The notes under the pieces are model-generated. The model saw only the letters and a list, made by a program, of their open reading frames with translations. It did no database searches and was not told where the DNA came from. From Torpedo marmorata (taxonomy: Eukaryota), in contig OZ360236.1 in NCBI GenBank assembly GCA_977017645.1, positions 26,846,001 to 26,910,000 of the forward strand: 64,000 nucleotides of DNA, read 5' to 3'. Shown piece by piece: positions 1-12,127 of the stretch. Position 1 is the stretch's first letter. Each line of letters begins with the position of its first letter. The translations under genes were made by a program, and so were the position numbers.

Positions 1-1496
1 AAGTCTCATGTATGGGCTCCAGATTTTTAAAAATGAATGATATTTATTACGTAAATTATAAGTAATTTTTTCCAAAGGAATACATGAACGAAGTTCTGCA
101 TGCCATCTATCTAAATTTAAATCTAAGTCTGATTTCCAAGTAATAGCAATACATTTTTTTGAAACAGCTAAAGCAATACACAAAAATTCTACCTGATACA
201 TATTCAATCTATTCCTAATACTAAATTTTCTAATATCTCCAAATAGAAATAACATAGGGTCCATTGGAAACATAACATTAAAAACTCTATCTAAAAAATT
301 CTTAACTTTCAACCAAAAATCTTGAATCTTTGGACATAACCATGTTGAATGAACAAAAGAACCTACTTCATTCTTACATCTAAAACACAAATCCGACAAT
401 GTCGGATTAAATTTCTTTAATTTTTTTTGATGTTAAATATAATTGATGAAAAAAATTATATTGTACTAATCTGTACCTAACATTAATAACTTTAGTCATA
501 CTTAACTTACATAAATCTTCCCAATGTTTTTGAGCTATATTAATATTTAAATCTAATTCCCATTTTAATCTTGATTTATGTAATCTTACTTTAGGCATTT
601 TTCTCTGAAATAACTTATACATTTGAGAAATACACTTATTAACATTTGCTTTAGTAATTAATAATTCTAACTCATTATACCTTGGAGCAATCAAATTTTC
701 TCCTAATTTCTCAACCAGAAAAGTTTTAACCTGATAATAAGCTAACCATGTATTATCTAATACATCAAAATTTTCTTTCAATCTTTGAAACGTAACAAAT
801 CTTCCAGCCTCAAAACAATCTTTAAAATTTTTAATACCTTTTTGAAACCATGTTTTCAATAACTGATTATTCATAGTAAATAATAAAAGTGGATTTTGAT
901 ATAATGTCATATTTAAAGAGATTGTTCCTTTCCCGCCTATTTCTTTATCTACCTGTGTCCATATTTCCAATAAATGTTTAATAATCGGTGAATTTTTCTT
1001 TTTAACTAATAATAATTTAGAATTCCACTTATAAATAATATCCTCTTTATAATTTTCTCCTATATTATTTAATTCAATATTAATCCAAGCAGAAGTTTTA
1101 GTTAAATCAAAAAATTCATTAACAAATTTTAATTGAGCTGCTTTATAATAATATTGAAAATTAGGGAGCTGCATTCCTCCCATCTCATAATTCCATGTTA
1201 ACTTCTCCATGCTCACTCTTGCTAACTTCTCTTTCCATAGGAATTTCCTAATTATAAACTTTAAATCTTTAAAAAAAATTTTTGGAATTCCAAAAGGAAT
1301 TGATTGAAAAAGATATTGAATTCTTGGAAAAATATTCATCTTAATACAATTTACTCTCCCCATTAAAGTTATAGGTAAATCTTTCCAATTTTCCAAATCT
1401 TTCTTTATTTTCGTAAATAAGGATACGTAGTTTAATTTATATAAATTTTCTAATTTTGTGTCCACTTTTACTCCCAAATATTTAATTCCTTCTTTT

Positions 1497-3377
1497 ATAA
1501 CCATATAACCATATAACAATTACAGCACGGAAACAGGCCATTAGGCCCTTCCAGTCCGCACCGAACCAAAACATTCCTATCTAGTCCCACCTACCTGCAC
1601 CTTGCCCATAACCCTCCACTTCCCTCTCATCCATATACTTGTCCAACTTTTTCTTAAATACTAAAATTGACTCTGCCGCCACTACTTCTCCCGGAAGCTC
1701 ATTCCACACTGCTACCACTCTCTGAGTAAAGAAGTTCCCCCTCATGTTACCTCTAAACCTCTGCCCCTTAAATCTTAGCTCATGTCCTCTTGTTTCAATC
1801 TCTCCTATTCTTAATGGAAATAGTCTATCCACATCCACTCTGTCTATCCCTTTCATAATTTTAAATACCTCTATCAAATCCCCTCTCAACCTTCTACGCT
1901 CCAAAGAATAAAGACCTAATCTGCTCAATCTCTCCTTGTACTCTAAATTCTTAAACCCAGGTAACATTCTGGTAAACCTTCTCTGCACTCTCTCCACTTT
2001 GTTGATATCCTTCCTATAATTTGGCGACCAGAACTGCACACAGAACTCTAAATTAGGCCGCACCAAAGCCTTATATAATCTCAACATCACTTCCCAACTC
2101 CTATATTCTATGCATTGATTGATGAAGGCCAGCATACTAAAAGCCTTCTTCACCACCCTATTCACATGAGTTTCCACCTTCAGGGAACGATGCACCGTTA
2201 TTCCTAAATCTTTCTGCTCTTCTGTATTCATCAATGCTCTCCCATTTACTACATATGTCCTGTTCTGATTCTTCTTTCCAAAATGAAGCACCTCACACTT
2301 ATCAGCATTAAACTCCATCTGCCATTTTTCAGCCCACTTTTCTAAGCAGCCCAAATCCTTCTGCAATCCTTGAAAACCTTCTTCATTATCCACTATTCCA
2401 CCTATCTTGGTATCATCTGCATATTTACTAATCCAGTTTACCACCCCATCATCTAGATCATTGATATATATAACAAACAACAATGGGCCCAATACAGATC
2501 CCTGAGGCACACCGCTTGTCACGGGCTTCCAACCTGACAAACAATTATCCACTACCACTCTCTGGCCTCTCCCCTCCAGCCAATGTTGAATCCATTTGAC
2601 TATCTCAGAATCTATACCTAAAGACTGCACCTTCCTCACTAACCTTCCATGTGGAACCTTATCAAAGGCCTTACTGAAGTCCATATAGACATCATCCACT
2701 GCACTACCCTCATCCACAGTCCTAGTCACCTCTTCAAAAAATTCAATCAGATTGGTCAAACAGGACCTTCCGCTCACAAATCCGTGTTGAGAGTTCCCGA
2801 TCAGACCCTGCCTATCCAGATATTTATAAGTCCTATCTCTGAGAACTTTCTCCATTAATTTACCTACCACAGACGTCAAACTTACAGGCCGATAATTGCC
2901 AGGCTTCCTCCTTGAACCCTTTTAAAATAACGGAACCACATGTGCAATACGCCAATCCTCCGGCACTATCCCCGTCTCTAATGACATTTGGAAAATCGCC
3001 GTCAGAGCCTCTGCTATTTCTTCACTTACTTCTCTCAAGGTCCTGGGGAAGATCCCGTCGGGTCCCGGAGACTTATCCACCTTTATATGCCTCAAAAGTC
3101 CTAACACTACATCTTTCGTAATCCATATATTCTCCATATTTACCCCATTAGCTTAGTTTATCTGGCATATATCAATATCCTTCTCCTTGGTGAATACTGA
3201 AGAAAAGAAACTGTTCAATATCTCCCCCATTTCTCTTGGCTCCACACACAGTTTTCCGTTCTGATTCTCTAAGGGACCAATTTTGTCCCTTGCTTTCCTC
3301 TTACCATTAACGTATTTGTAAAAACCTTTTGGATTAACCTTCACCCTGCTTGCTATAGTCTCTTCATACCTTCTTTT
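1497..3377 (-). mobile_element. CR1-clade LINE, 5'-truncated, inserted in L1 ORF2
   Basis: RT ORF 1581-2879 ([35 protein letters not shown]). 3' tail of (TTATATGG)n on the minus strand at 1497-1517. ccttctttt occurs at both junctions (1488-1496, 3369-3377). Confidence 0.95.
1581..2879 (-). CDS. CR1 reverse transcriptase, C-terminal open segment
   Basis: 432-aa open frame carrying the non-LTR RT motifs; upstream portion frameshifted. Confidence 0.9.
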   Translation of the reverse strand: MTSVVGKLMEKVLRDRTYKYLDRQGLIGNSQHGFVSGRSCLTNLIEFFEEVTRTVDEGSAVDDVYMDFSKAFDKVPHGRLVRKVQSLGIDSEIVKWIQHWLEGRGQRVVVDNCLSGWKPVTSGVPQGSVLGPLLFVIYINDLDDGVVNWISKYADDTKIGGIVDNEEGFQGLQKDLGCLEKWAEKWQMEFNADKCEVLHFGKKNQNRTYVVNGRALMNTEEQKDLGITVHRSLKVETHVNRVVKKAFSMLAFINQCIEYRSWEVMLRLYKALVRPNLEFCVQFWSPNYRKDINKVERVQRRFTRMLPGFKNLEYKERLSRLGLYSLERRRLRGDLIEVFKIMKGIDRVDVDRLFPLRIGEIETRGHELRFKGQRFRGNMRGNFFTQRVVAVWNELPGEVVAAESILVFKKKLDKYMDEREVEGYGQGAGRWD

Positions 3378-5662
3378 TGCCCACTTAAATTCCGTAACTT
3401 CTCTACATCTAGTGTAATCACCTTGAGATAAAGCCATTATTTCACTTTTATCCGCATTAATTTTATATCCAGATATTTCACCATATTCTGTTAATATAAT
3501 AGCTAATTGTTGAAGTGATAAAACTGATTTCGTCATGTAAATTAATACATCATCTGCAAACAAACTAATCTTATGCTCTTCCATACCGACTTTAATCCCT
3601 ACTATATTAGGATCTGTCCTGATCAATTCAGCTAAAGGTTCTATTGCCAAAACAAATAAAGCTGGTGATAAAGGACAACCCTGTCTTGTAGAACGCGTTA
3701 AAGAAAATTTTGGCGATATTTGTCCATTTGTAATTACTTTAGCTGTAGGTTCCTTATATATAGTTTTAATCCAATTTATAAAAATATTTCCAAAACCAAA
3801 TTTCTCTAACACCTTAAACAAAAAATTCCATTCTAATCTATCAAAAGCCTTTTCTGCATCCAACGTTAGCACCAATGGTAAATCTTGTTTCTTTTTATAA
3901 AGATTAATTAAACTTAATAATCTAGCTATATTATCTTTAGAATATCTATTTTTAATAAAACCGGCTTGATCTGGATGTATCAAATTTGGTAAATATTTAG
4001 CTATTCTATTAGCCAAAATTTTTGCCATAATCTTATAATCTACATTTAATAAAGAAATAGGTCTATATGACTCAGTTTTTAATACATCTCTATCTTTCTT
4101 TGGTATAACTGTAATAATAGCATTCAAAAAGGTTTTTGGTAATAAATGAGTTTCCGTAATCTGATTCAATACTTCCATATATAGAGGTATCAATAAATCT
4201 TTAAATTCTTTATAAAATTCTACTGGAAATCCATCATCACCCGGGGATTTACCACTTTTTAGCGTCGATAATACTTCATTAACTTCTCTCATCGTAAAAG
4301 GTAAATCCAAAGAATTTTTATTCTGAATATTTAATTTAGGTAAAGTAATTCTAGATAAAAATCTATTAATTTTCAAATCATCTTGAATAACCTGAGATCT
4401 ATATAAATTCTGATAATAATCTTTAAAAGATTCATTTATTTCTTGGGGTTTATAAGTTATTTCACCAGTATTTTTTTTCTTTATAGCATTTATAGTTTTA
4501 GAAACTTGTTCCTTTTTTAATTGCCATGCTAAAACCTTATGAGCCTTTTCTCCTAATTCATAATATCTTTGTTTCATTCTTTCTATTAATTTTTCCGTTT
4601 TATACGTTTGTAATAAATTATAATGTAACTTTTTCCTCATTAAACGATTTCTCTTACGAATTGTTTTATTTCTCTGTAAATCTTTTTCCATAATCTCAAT
4701 CTCTTTCTCTAATTTTTCTGCTTCTTTCAAATAATCTTTTTTAATTTTTGCCGAATAACTTATTATCAAACCTCTAAGATATGCCTTTAAAGTTTCCCAA
4801 ATTATAAATTTATCATTAATTGATTGATCATTTATCCTCAAAAATTCCTGAATTTCCCTTCTCATATATTCACAAAAATCTGTCCTTTTCAATAAAGATG
4901 AATCAAATCTCCAATTAAATATAGTTTTCTCCTTTTCTGGAATTACACATGTCATTAACAAAGGTGAATGATCTGAAATTATTCTCGCTTTATATGATAC
5001 CTGTGATATTCTATCTTGAATTTGCGAAGATATTAAAAACAAATCTATCCTAGAGTATGAATCATGTCTAAAAGAATAAAAAGAATAATCTTTCTCTCTA
5101 GGATTCAATTTCCTCCAAATATCTATTAAATTCAAATCTTTCATCAAATTTATAATTCTTTTAACTATTTTAGGCCTAACAGACGATCTAAAAGTCCTAT
5201 CCATTATTGAATCTAAACAACAATTAAAAACCCCCCAATTAAAATATTATCCTTAGCTTCTGATAAATGTAGAAATGCATCCTGAATAAATTGTTCATCC
5301 TCTGGATTTGAAACATATAAATTCATAAGAGTCCAAAATTCTGAATAAATCTGACAATTAACCAGAACATATCTACCTGCCACATCTACTACTACCGATT
5401 GTATTTTAAAAGGTAATTTCTTATTAACTAAAATTGCAACTCCTCTAGCTTTAGAGTTAAATGTTGAGGCTACCACATGTCCAACCCAATCTCTTTTTAA
5501 TTTTTGATGTTCAACCTCTGTTAAATGAGTTTCCTGTAAAAAAGCTATATCTACTTTCAACTTTTTCATGTATGCCAAAGTTCTTTTCCTCTTTATTGGA
5601 TTATTAAGCCCATTTATATTAATACTCACTAAATTTATACTTCTAGAATCCATCACGATCAC
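3378..5662 (-). pseudogene. L1 ORF2 (endonuclease and RT), frameshifted near 5230
   Basis: Endonuclease and RT motifs; colinear with 39984-42260. Confidence 0.92.
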
Positions 5663-5926
5663 ATTGTAATCTTTCTCTGTCTATCATGTCCATTAGCGTT
5701 CCCCTCCTAAATTGCATCTTAATTATTCTCTCCTCAAATGAAATAAAAGAAAAAAATAGAAATAAAAATAAGAAAAACCCCTTTAGAAAAAACACAGATA
5801 ACTCAGTGTTACCCCCCTCCATTGTTCGAGCAGCAGCTTTCGCCGCTAAGGTGGTGATTGGTTCGGAAGAAGTACCAATATGTCCACCCCCCCCATTAGA
5901 TCAATATAAATCCATACAATATAGAT

Positions 5927-6712
5927 TCAATTAACTCCTCCCAAATCCAGTTCTCCTTGTTCTCCTTTGACTTGAACTAAAATATTTTCTTCTCTTGACG
6001 CAGCCATCGGTAGCACCACTTGAGCTTGTTGATTTTCTTGATTTTGGTCTTGCTGCTGTGTAATCAAATTATAACTTCCAGGCAAACGAGGAAGATTTCG
6101 CGCATGAAAGAGTGCTTGCTGGGGATCCATAAATTGAATAAATTTATCTCCATCATTTTGAATTCTCAAAGCCGCAGGATATTTAAACGAAAACTTATAC
6201 CCTTTCTGCCATAATATTTGCTTCGCAGGATTAAACTCCTTCCGCTTATTAACCAAAGCTGGGCTTAGGTCTGGATAAAAAAACACTCTGTTGCCATCAA
6301 TCATCAACGGAGTCCCGCTTTCTCTTGACTTCTGAATCGCCATTCTTAATATTTTTTCTCTATCTTGATATCTGAGACATTTCATCAAAACTGGACGAGG
6401 TCTCCGATTTATCTGATCTCGTCTTCCAATTCTATGAGCTCTCTCCAACTCCACTGGTTATTCAAAAGCAAATATTTGCATAAGCCAATTCTGAAAAAAT
6501 TGAGTTGGATCTTGTGATTCCAAACCTTCAGGTAATCCCAATATCTTAACATTATTTCTTCGGCTTTGATTTTCCATCTGATCCATCTTTTGTAATATCT
6601 GATCTCTTTGTTTCTCCCAGCCAGTAAATGAATCATCCAATCTATCCACTCTTTCTCTATAGTCCACAAGTTCATCATAATTATTTTTAACATCATCTTC
6701 CATCTTCTGCAT
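5927..6712 (-). pseudogene. L1 ORF1 remnant (coiled coil plus RRM/CTD), split by an in-frame stop
   Basis: SRRNNVKILGLPEG and ERAHRIG...PRP motifs; homologous to 39042-39707. Confidence 0.9.
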
Positions 6713-7565
6713 CTTTTCAGGAGCTCTTAATCCTTCGTTGTGGAGATTAGTACAGCCCTTATCACCTTGAGTGCATCCAGGAACTCATTGGGAACCAGTA
6801 CAATAATAATCCTGTGATGTGAAATTAACTTTAGGCTTTTACACACCAAAAAACACTTTGAAAATATTAATATTTTTTACATGCAATTTTGAGTTTTAAT
6901 TGTATAACAAGGCATGGTTACTGCTCAACAAACAATCTGGCAATAAAACAAAACCATTCAACTATCTGTCAACAATCTTTTCCATGGGTTTGTTATCATT
7001 TAAAAGAGTCATCCACAGTGAAGCCTCATTGGCCAATATTAACTGGTCTATTGATTGATCCTTAAGCTTCCCTAATAGCAGGCAAAGATACTGAGCTGTT
7101 GTTTCAGTGAGGGAAGGGCCAAAGAGAGTGTCAGGTACTTAATCCATGAATGAGACAGTTTTTCCAACAGATTTGAAAATGTTCTTAACTGTAGTTCAAA
7201 AATGACAATAATTGTTTTTGAACTCATATTATGATGTTGAGTTTGGTATGACAAGGTGGTATGATGTAACTCGGTTTGAAATGACACAACAAAAATAAAA
7301 CAGATTCTTTATAGTGATTCTTTATTTATAGTGTATGAGTTTTGAATCTCTATTCGCGACATTGCAGGATTCTATTGTCAAATATTTTGACACAATTAAT
7401 AAGATGTTACAAGACTCACACCAGGGATTTAAATGATAAGTTCAGTGCAAGATGTGATGAATAGGGTACAACCATTATAGATAGATTAACAGGTACTAAA
7501 TGGTGAGGATTTGGGCCAACATAAAATGTTAAAATATGAAGGTTTTTATTCTCGTTCTGTTGCAG

Positions 7566-7691
7566 CTCATTTCCCTCCAGGATGCAATTTTAATTGGGCC
7601 CATTTTGCAATTATCTGAGGCTCCCATTGAAAACTGGCTGCAGTCTCTTGAAGAGATGCTAGTTGGAGAATTGCATGAACAGAAGAGATAG
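7566..7691 (+). other. Candidate terminal coding exon of an unidentified host gene (LISLQDAILIGPILQLSEAPIENWLQSLEEMLVGELHEQKR*)
   Basis: Strong acceptor ttttattctcgttctgttgcag, then 41 open codons and TAG, in non-repeat sequence. No homolog recognised. Confidence 0.3.
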
Positions 7692-8233
7692 GAAGTCTGC
7701 CCTAAAACCCAATGTGCTAAGTCAAAGCAAGCGAGACTGGTTCCAGGATCAACAGGAGGAAAGATTTTCAAATGTCGTATCTTCTAGCATTCAGACCATT
7801 GGAATAATTTGGCACTTTCCTTACAGCATTTTGTGTGCGTCTTTTGGCTTTTATTTATGCATGTTGTTGGTGGTGTTTTTGAACTGGATGAAGGAAAGAG
7901 AAACAATAGTGTGAGTTTAAACTTGAACAAGGAGAGGTGAAATTCAATTGTACATCCAGAGAACTTATTTACTGCATCCGGTGCTCCCTTTGTGGCATTC
8001 TCTACATCGGAGAGACTGGTCGTAGAGCTTCGCTGAGCACCTCCTCTCCGTCCTCAACAACAGCGACCTCTCAGTAGCCAACCATTTCAATTCCGAGTCA
8101 CACTCCCACACTCACATGTCTGTCCATGGCCTTATGTACTATCCCACCCAGACTACCCGCAAATTGGAGGAACAACATCTTATTTTCCGTCTGGGCAACT
8201 CTCCAGCCAGATGGCATTAACATTGACTTTTCT

Positions 8234-10532
8234 AGATTTACCATTAGTTTTAACATTAGACGCTGAAAAGGCTTTTGATAGATTAGAATGGAATTTTTTA
8301 TTTAAGGTACTGGAGAAATTTGGCTTTGGAAATACATTTATTAACTGGATTAAAACTATATATAAAGAACAATCGGCTAAAGTAGTCACAAATGGACACA
8401 TTTCTCCAAAATTTCCTTTGACTCGATCTACTAGACAAGGATGTCCTTTGTCACCAGCATTATTTATTTTGGCGATAGAACCTTTGGCTGAATTAGTTAG
8501 AAAAGATCCTAAAATAGTTGGTATTAAAGTTGGAATGGAAGAACATAAAATTAGTTTGTTTGCAGATGATGTATTGATATATATGACAAAATCTATTACA
8601 TCTTTAGTACAATTGTCTATTTTATTGAGAGAATATGGTGAAATATCTGGATATAAAATTAATTCTGATAAAAGTGAAATTATGGCATTATCACAAGGGG
8701 ATTATAGTAGATGTAAAGAAATTACACAATTTAAATGGGCAAAGGAAGGAATTAAATATTTGGGAGTAAGGGTTGATACAAAATTGGCTAATTTATATAA
8801 ATTAAATTACCTACCATTATTTGTGAAAATAAAGAAAGATTTCGAAAATTGGAAAGATTTACCTATAACTTTAATGGGAAGAGTAAATTGTATTAAAATG
8901 AATATTTTTCCAAGAATTCAATATCTTTTTCAATCAATTCCTTATGGAATTCCTCAAAAATTTTTTAAAGATTTAAATTCAATTATTAGGAAATTTTTAT
9001 GGAAAGGAAAGTTAGCAAGAGTAGGTATGGAAAAATTAACTTGGAATTATGAAATGGGTGGCTTAAAACTTCCTAATTTTCAAAATTATTATAAAGCAGC
9101 TCAATTAAAATTTGTTAATGAATTTTTTGATTCAACTAAATCTCCTGCTTGGATTAAAATAGAATTAAATAATATAGGTGATGACTCCAAAGAAGAAATT
9201 ATTTATAAATGGGATTCTAAATTAACATCAACAAGAAAGAAAAATTCGCCTATTTTTAAACATTTGTTAGAAATATGGAACAAGACAGATAAGGAAATAG
9301 GTGGAAAAGGATTGATTTCTTCAAGGATGCCTTTATATCAAAATGAACTTATTCCATTTACTGTTAATAATCAATTATTTAAAATTTGGTTTCAAAAAGG
9401 TATTAAAAAGATTAAAGATTGTTTTGAAGCTGGGAAATTTATTACTTTTCAAAGAATGAAAGATAAATTTAATATATCAGATAATACACTTTTTGCTTAT
9501 TATCAAATTAGAGCTTTTTTGATTGAGAAATTAGGTTATGCTTTGATTTTACCAAGACAAAATGAATTAGAATTATTAGTTACTAATGGAGATGTTAATA
9601 AATTTATTTCTCAAATGTATAAATTGTTTCAGAGGAAATTGCCTAAAATAGGATTACATAAATCAAGATTAAAATGGGAATTAGATTTGAATGTAAGAAT
9701 AGACGAAAATCATTGGAAAGAATTATGTAAATTCAGTATGACGAAGATTATTAATGTTAGATACAGATTAGTACAGTATAATTTTTTCATCAATTATATT
9801 TAACACCTAAAAAATTAAAGACATTTAATCCGACACTATCAGGTTTATGTTTTAGATATAATAAAGAAGAAGGTTCTTTTGTACATTCTACATGGTTTTG
9901 TTCAAAAGTTTATGATTTTTGGTTGAAAGTTAAAATTTCTTTAGATAAAGTATTTAAAATTACATTCCCAATGGATCCTATGATATTTTTGTTTGGAGAT
10001 ATTAGAAAATTTAGTATTAAGATGAAATTAAATATGTATCAAATAGAATTTTTGCGAATTGCTTTAGCTGTTTCAAGAAAATGCTTTGCTATTACTTGGA
10101 AATCTGATTTAGATTTAGGATTAGAAAGATGGCATGCAGAACTTCGTTCGTGTATACCACTTGAAAAAATTACTTATAATTTACGTAATAAATATCATTT
10201 TTTCTTAAAAATTTGGAGCCCATATATGAAAGCTGTTGGTTTAAGGATTTGAAGATCTCTGGATATCGGATCTACTGGCACACTTGACCTCCATAATAGA
10301 ATTAGTTTATAGATGGCATTCCCCTTACTCTATCTTTTTCTTTCTTTCTTTTTTCTATTTTTACTTTTTATTTTATTTTTACTAGATTAGTGGGGGTGGG
10401 GGGGTTGGGGAGGGGAGGGAGGGAGGGGGGGAGAAAATGTATCACAAATAATTTGATAATTTTATATTCTATTTTATGTATTTTGTGATTAAAAATTTTA
10501 AATAAAATATTTAAAAAAACAAACAAACAAAA
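8234..10532 (+). mobile_element. 5'-truncated L1 copy (RT to polyA)
   Basis: RT motifs in ORF 8211-9803; G-rich 3' UTR; AATAAA and A-rich tail; exact 15-bp TSD aacattgacttttct at 8219-8233 and 10533-10547. Confidence 0.96.
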
Positions 10533-10792
10533 AACATTGACTTTTCTGCTTTCCACTAAACCTGCTGGTCTTTTCCTTCCCCTCCCCCCTTCCCTGTCCT
10601 AGTTTTTCCACCCACCCAGCCATCCCTCCGCACCCTCTTTGCTGCTGTCCCCTCCCTCCTTTCTTCACCCAGCCATCCCTCGTCCCCCTCTTTGCTGCTG
10701 TCCCCTCCCTCCTTTCTCCACCTATCATCTCCTGCCTTTGCCACCCCCCTTCCCCCCTCACTCTTTTGTTCGGATGCCTGCCGGAATTTTCT

Positions 10793-10833
10793 CATACTTT
10801 GATGAAGGGCTCAAGCCCGAAACGTCAGTTATG
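10793..10833 (+). ncRNA. Minimal hammerhead ribozyme motif in PLE pseudo-LTR
   Basis: catact-TTGATGA-a-GGGC tcaa GCCC-GAAACGTC-agttatg: core variant, 4-bp stem II, palindromic ACGT stem III. This is the minimal hammerhead architecture known from Penelope-like elements. Confidence 0.75.
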
Positions 10834-11040
10834 TATTTCTACCTTTGCTACTTAAAAAACACTGTTTGACCTGCTAAGGTTCTCCAGCATTTGTGTTTTT
10901 TGCATCAACCACAGTGTCTACAGATTTTCGTGATTTATCCACGAGGTGAAATGGAGTTCTGGAAGGATGATAATAGGAATTGTGGAGCAGGATTCTGTTG
11001 GCCAGTAGGATCTGTATCAGAATGTGAGTCTTAAAGTAGT

Positions 11041-11562
11041 TATAGTGACTTCAATCCAACAAATAATCACTTGGAGGCTCGGTGAGATATCTGTTCTTGA
11101 CGCATTTAAATTAATTTACTACCAAGTCCAATAGGTTCAAAAAACTCTATTTACACACGCTGACTTGAAGCAATCTTCAATGACTTAAATATCTTCTTTA
11201 ACGAAATATAAACAATTCTTGATAACGATGTTTAATAATGATTCCTTAAAACGTCTTTAAACTTCCTTTAAAATGATTCTTTATAAATTACTTTAAATGT
11301 TCAATGAAAGCTATGGCGATCTCACTCACCCTCCTCTAGGTCGCCATATTCTTATATACTTCTTCTCTGATTAACGCGCATGCTCCACCACGCATACTCC
11401 AGCCACTTCCCCACTGCGCATGCGGCAGTTGGCACTCCTGCGTATGCGCAGAGTACTCAATAGGCCTAGCACGGCCTACTAATCTCCGTAACTTCTCCGA
11501 AACCCGCTGGATACATCGGAATGCCGCGATGAACGTAAGTAACCAAGCCTATGGCTCTTACA
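11041..11562 (-). repeat. BEL copy A 3' LTR
   Basis: Direct repeat of 15982-16524; preceded on the minus strand by the PPT-like tgggccgg. Confidence 0.92.
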
Positions 11563-12127
11563 CCGGCCCATAATTATTATAACGAGACGCAATGTCTTAA
11601 ATAATAATTACACAATCAATTACAAATAACAATAACCATATAACATTCAAACAATATACAAATCTTCTTTCTTCACAAGACCAGTTTAAAAGTCTGTAAC
11701 CTGTGCAGTATACAACAACAAAATAAAGTCACTTTGTATTTATCTAAGTTCTTTTATCTCCAGAATCTTTGAGTTAAAACGCCGACCAGTAAACCTCAAA
11801 TCTTCCTCAGTCAAATAGGTAGTTTTTTCTTTTGAATTTAACTCAAGGCACCTCTTCAGTATTTCGTTTCACTTTATTCCTTTCTTCAGCATTCCACTTC
11901 TCATCTGAAGAATTTAAACTCTTAGAACTAGAATTTCAATATTTATCTGATCCTCTCGATTTTAATAAAGGAGTCTCTTTCACCACTCTGGTTTCTATTG
12001 CCTTTTCCTGCAATTCCAAATCCAATTTTGCAACTTTCAATTCAATCTCAGTTCCTTCCGAGAAATTAATAACTTGATCTGAAGTGAAAATATCATGTGA
12101 TACATTGGTGCTTCTATTGTCAACTCT

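Larger units (their letters stand above)
1..6715 (-). mobile_element. L1-clade LINE, 5'-truncated within ORF1, interrupted by a CR1 insertion (about 1497-3368), running off the window at its 3' end
   Basis: ORF1 pieces 6458-6712 and 5927-6454 (ENQSRRNNVKILGLPEG, ERAHR, FYPDLS). APE endonuclease 5213-5662 (NINGLN, LQETH). RT 3153-5204 (GDDG, YRPISLLN, LDAEKAFD, RQGCPLSP, FADD). C-terminal part 407-1499. Stops and frameshifts present. Confidence 0.95.
7948..10940 (+). mobile_element. Penelope-like element 3' fragment (GIY-YIG end plus pseudo-LTR), split by an L1 insertion
   Basis: 7948-8233 matches the GIY-YIG region of 49593-49887 (LIYCIRC..C.ILYIGETG..HLIF.LG.LQPDGIN). Resumes at 10533 with the same 3' UTR and pLTR. 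Confidence 0.9.

Noticed and set aside
7079-7135. Possible small exon upstream of the 7566 candidate
   Set aside because: Its only open frame ends in phase 2, incompatible with the phase-0 start of 7566-7691; splice sites are weak.
7566-7691. Loose resemblance to the dynein heavy chain PVExWLxxLE motif
   Set aside because: Too short, and followed by a stop, whereas that motif is internal in dyneins; no gene name assigned.
8211-8233. ATG-initiated start of the 530-aa L1 RT ORF (MALTLTF)
   Set aside because: The ATG comes from flanking Penelope sequence in an off frame; chance fusion at the insertion site.
10498-10869. Gly/Arg-rich and Pro-rich short ORFs, also at 16725-17108 and 49753-50119
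   Set aside because: Translations of the purine/pyrimidine-skewed PLE 3' UTR.
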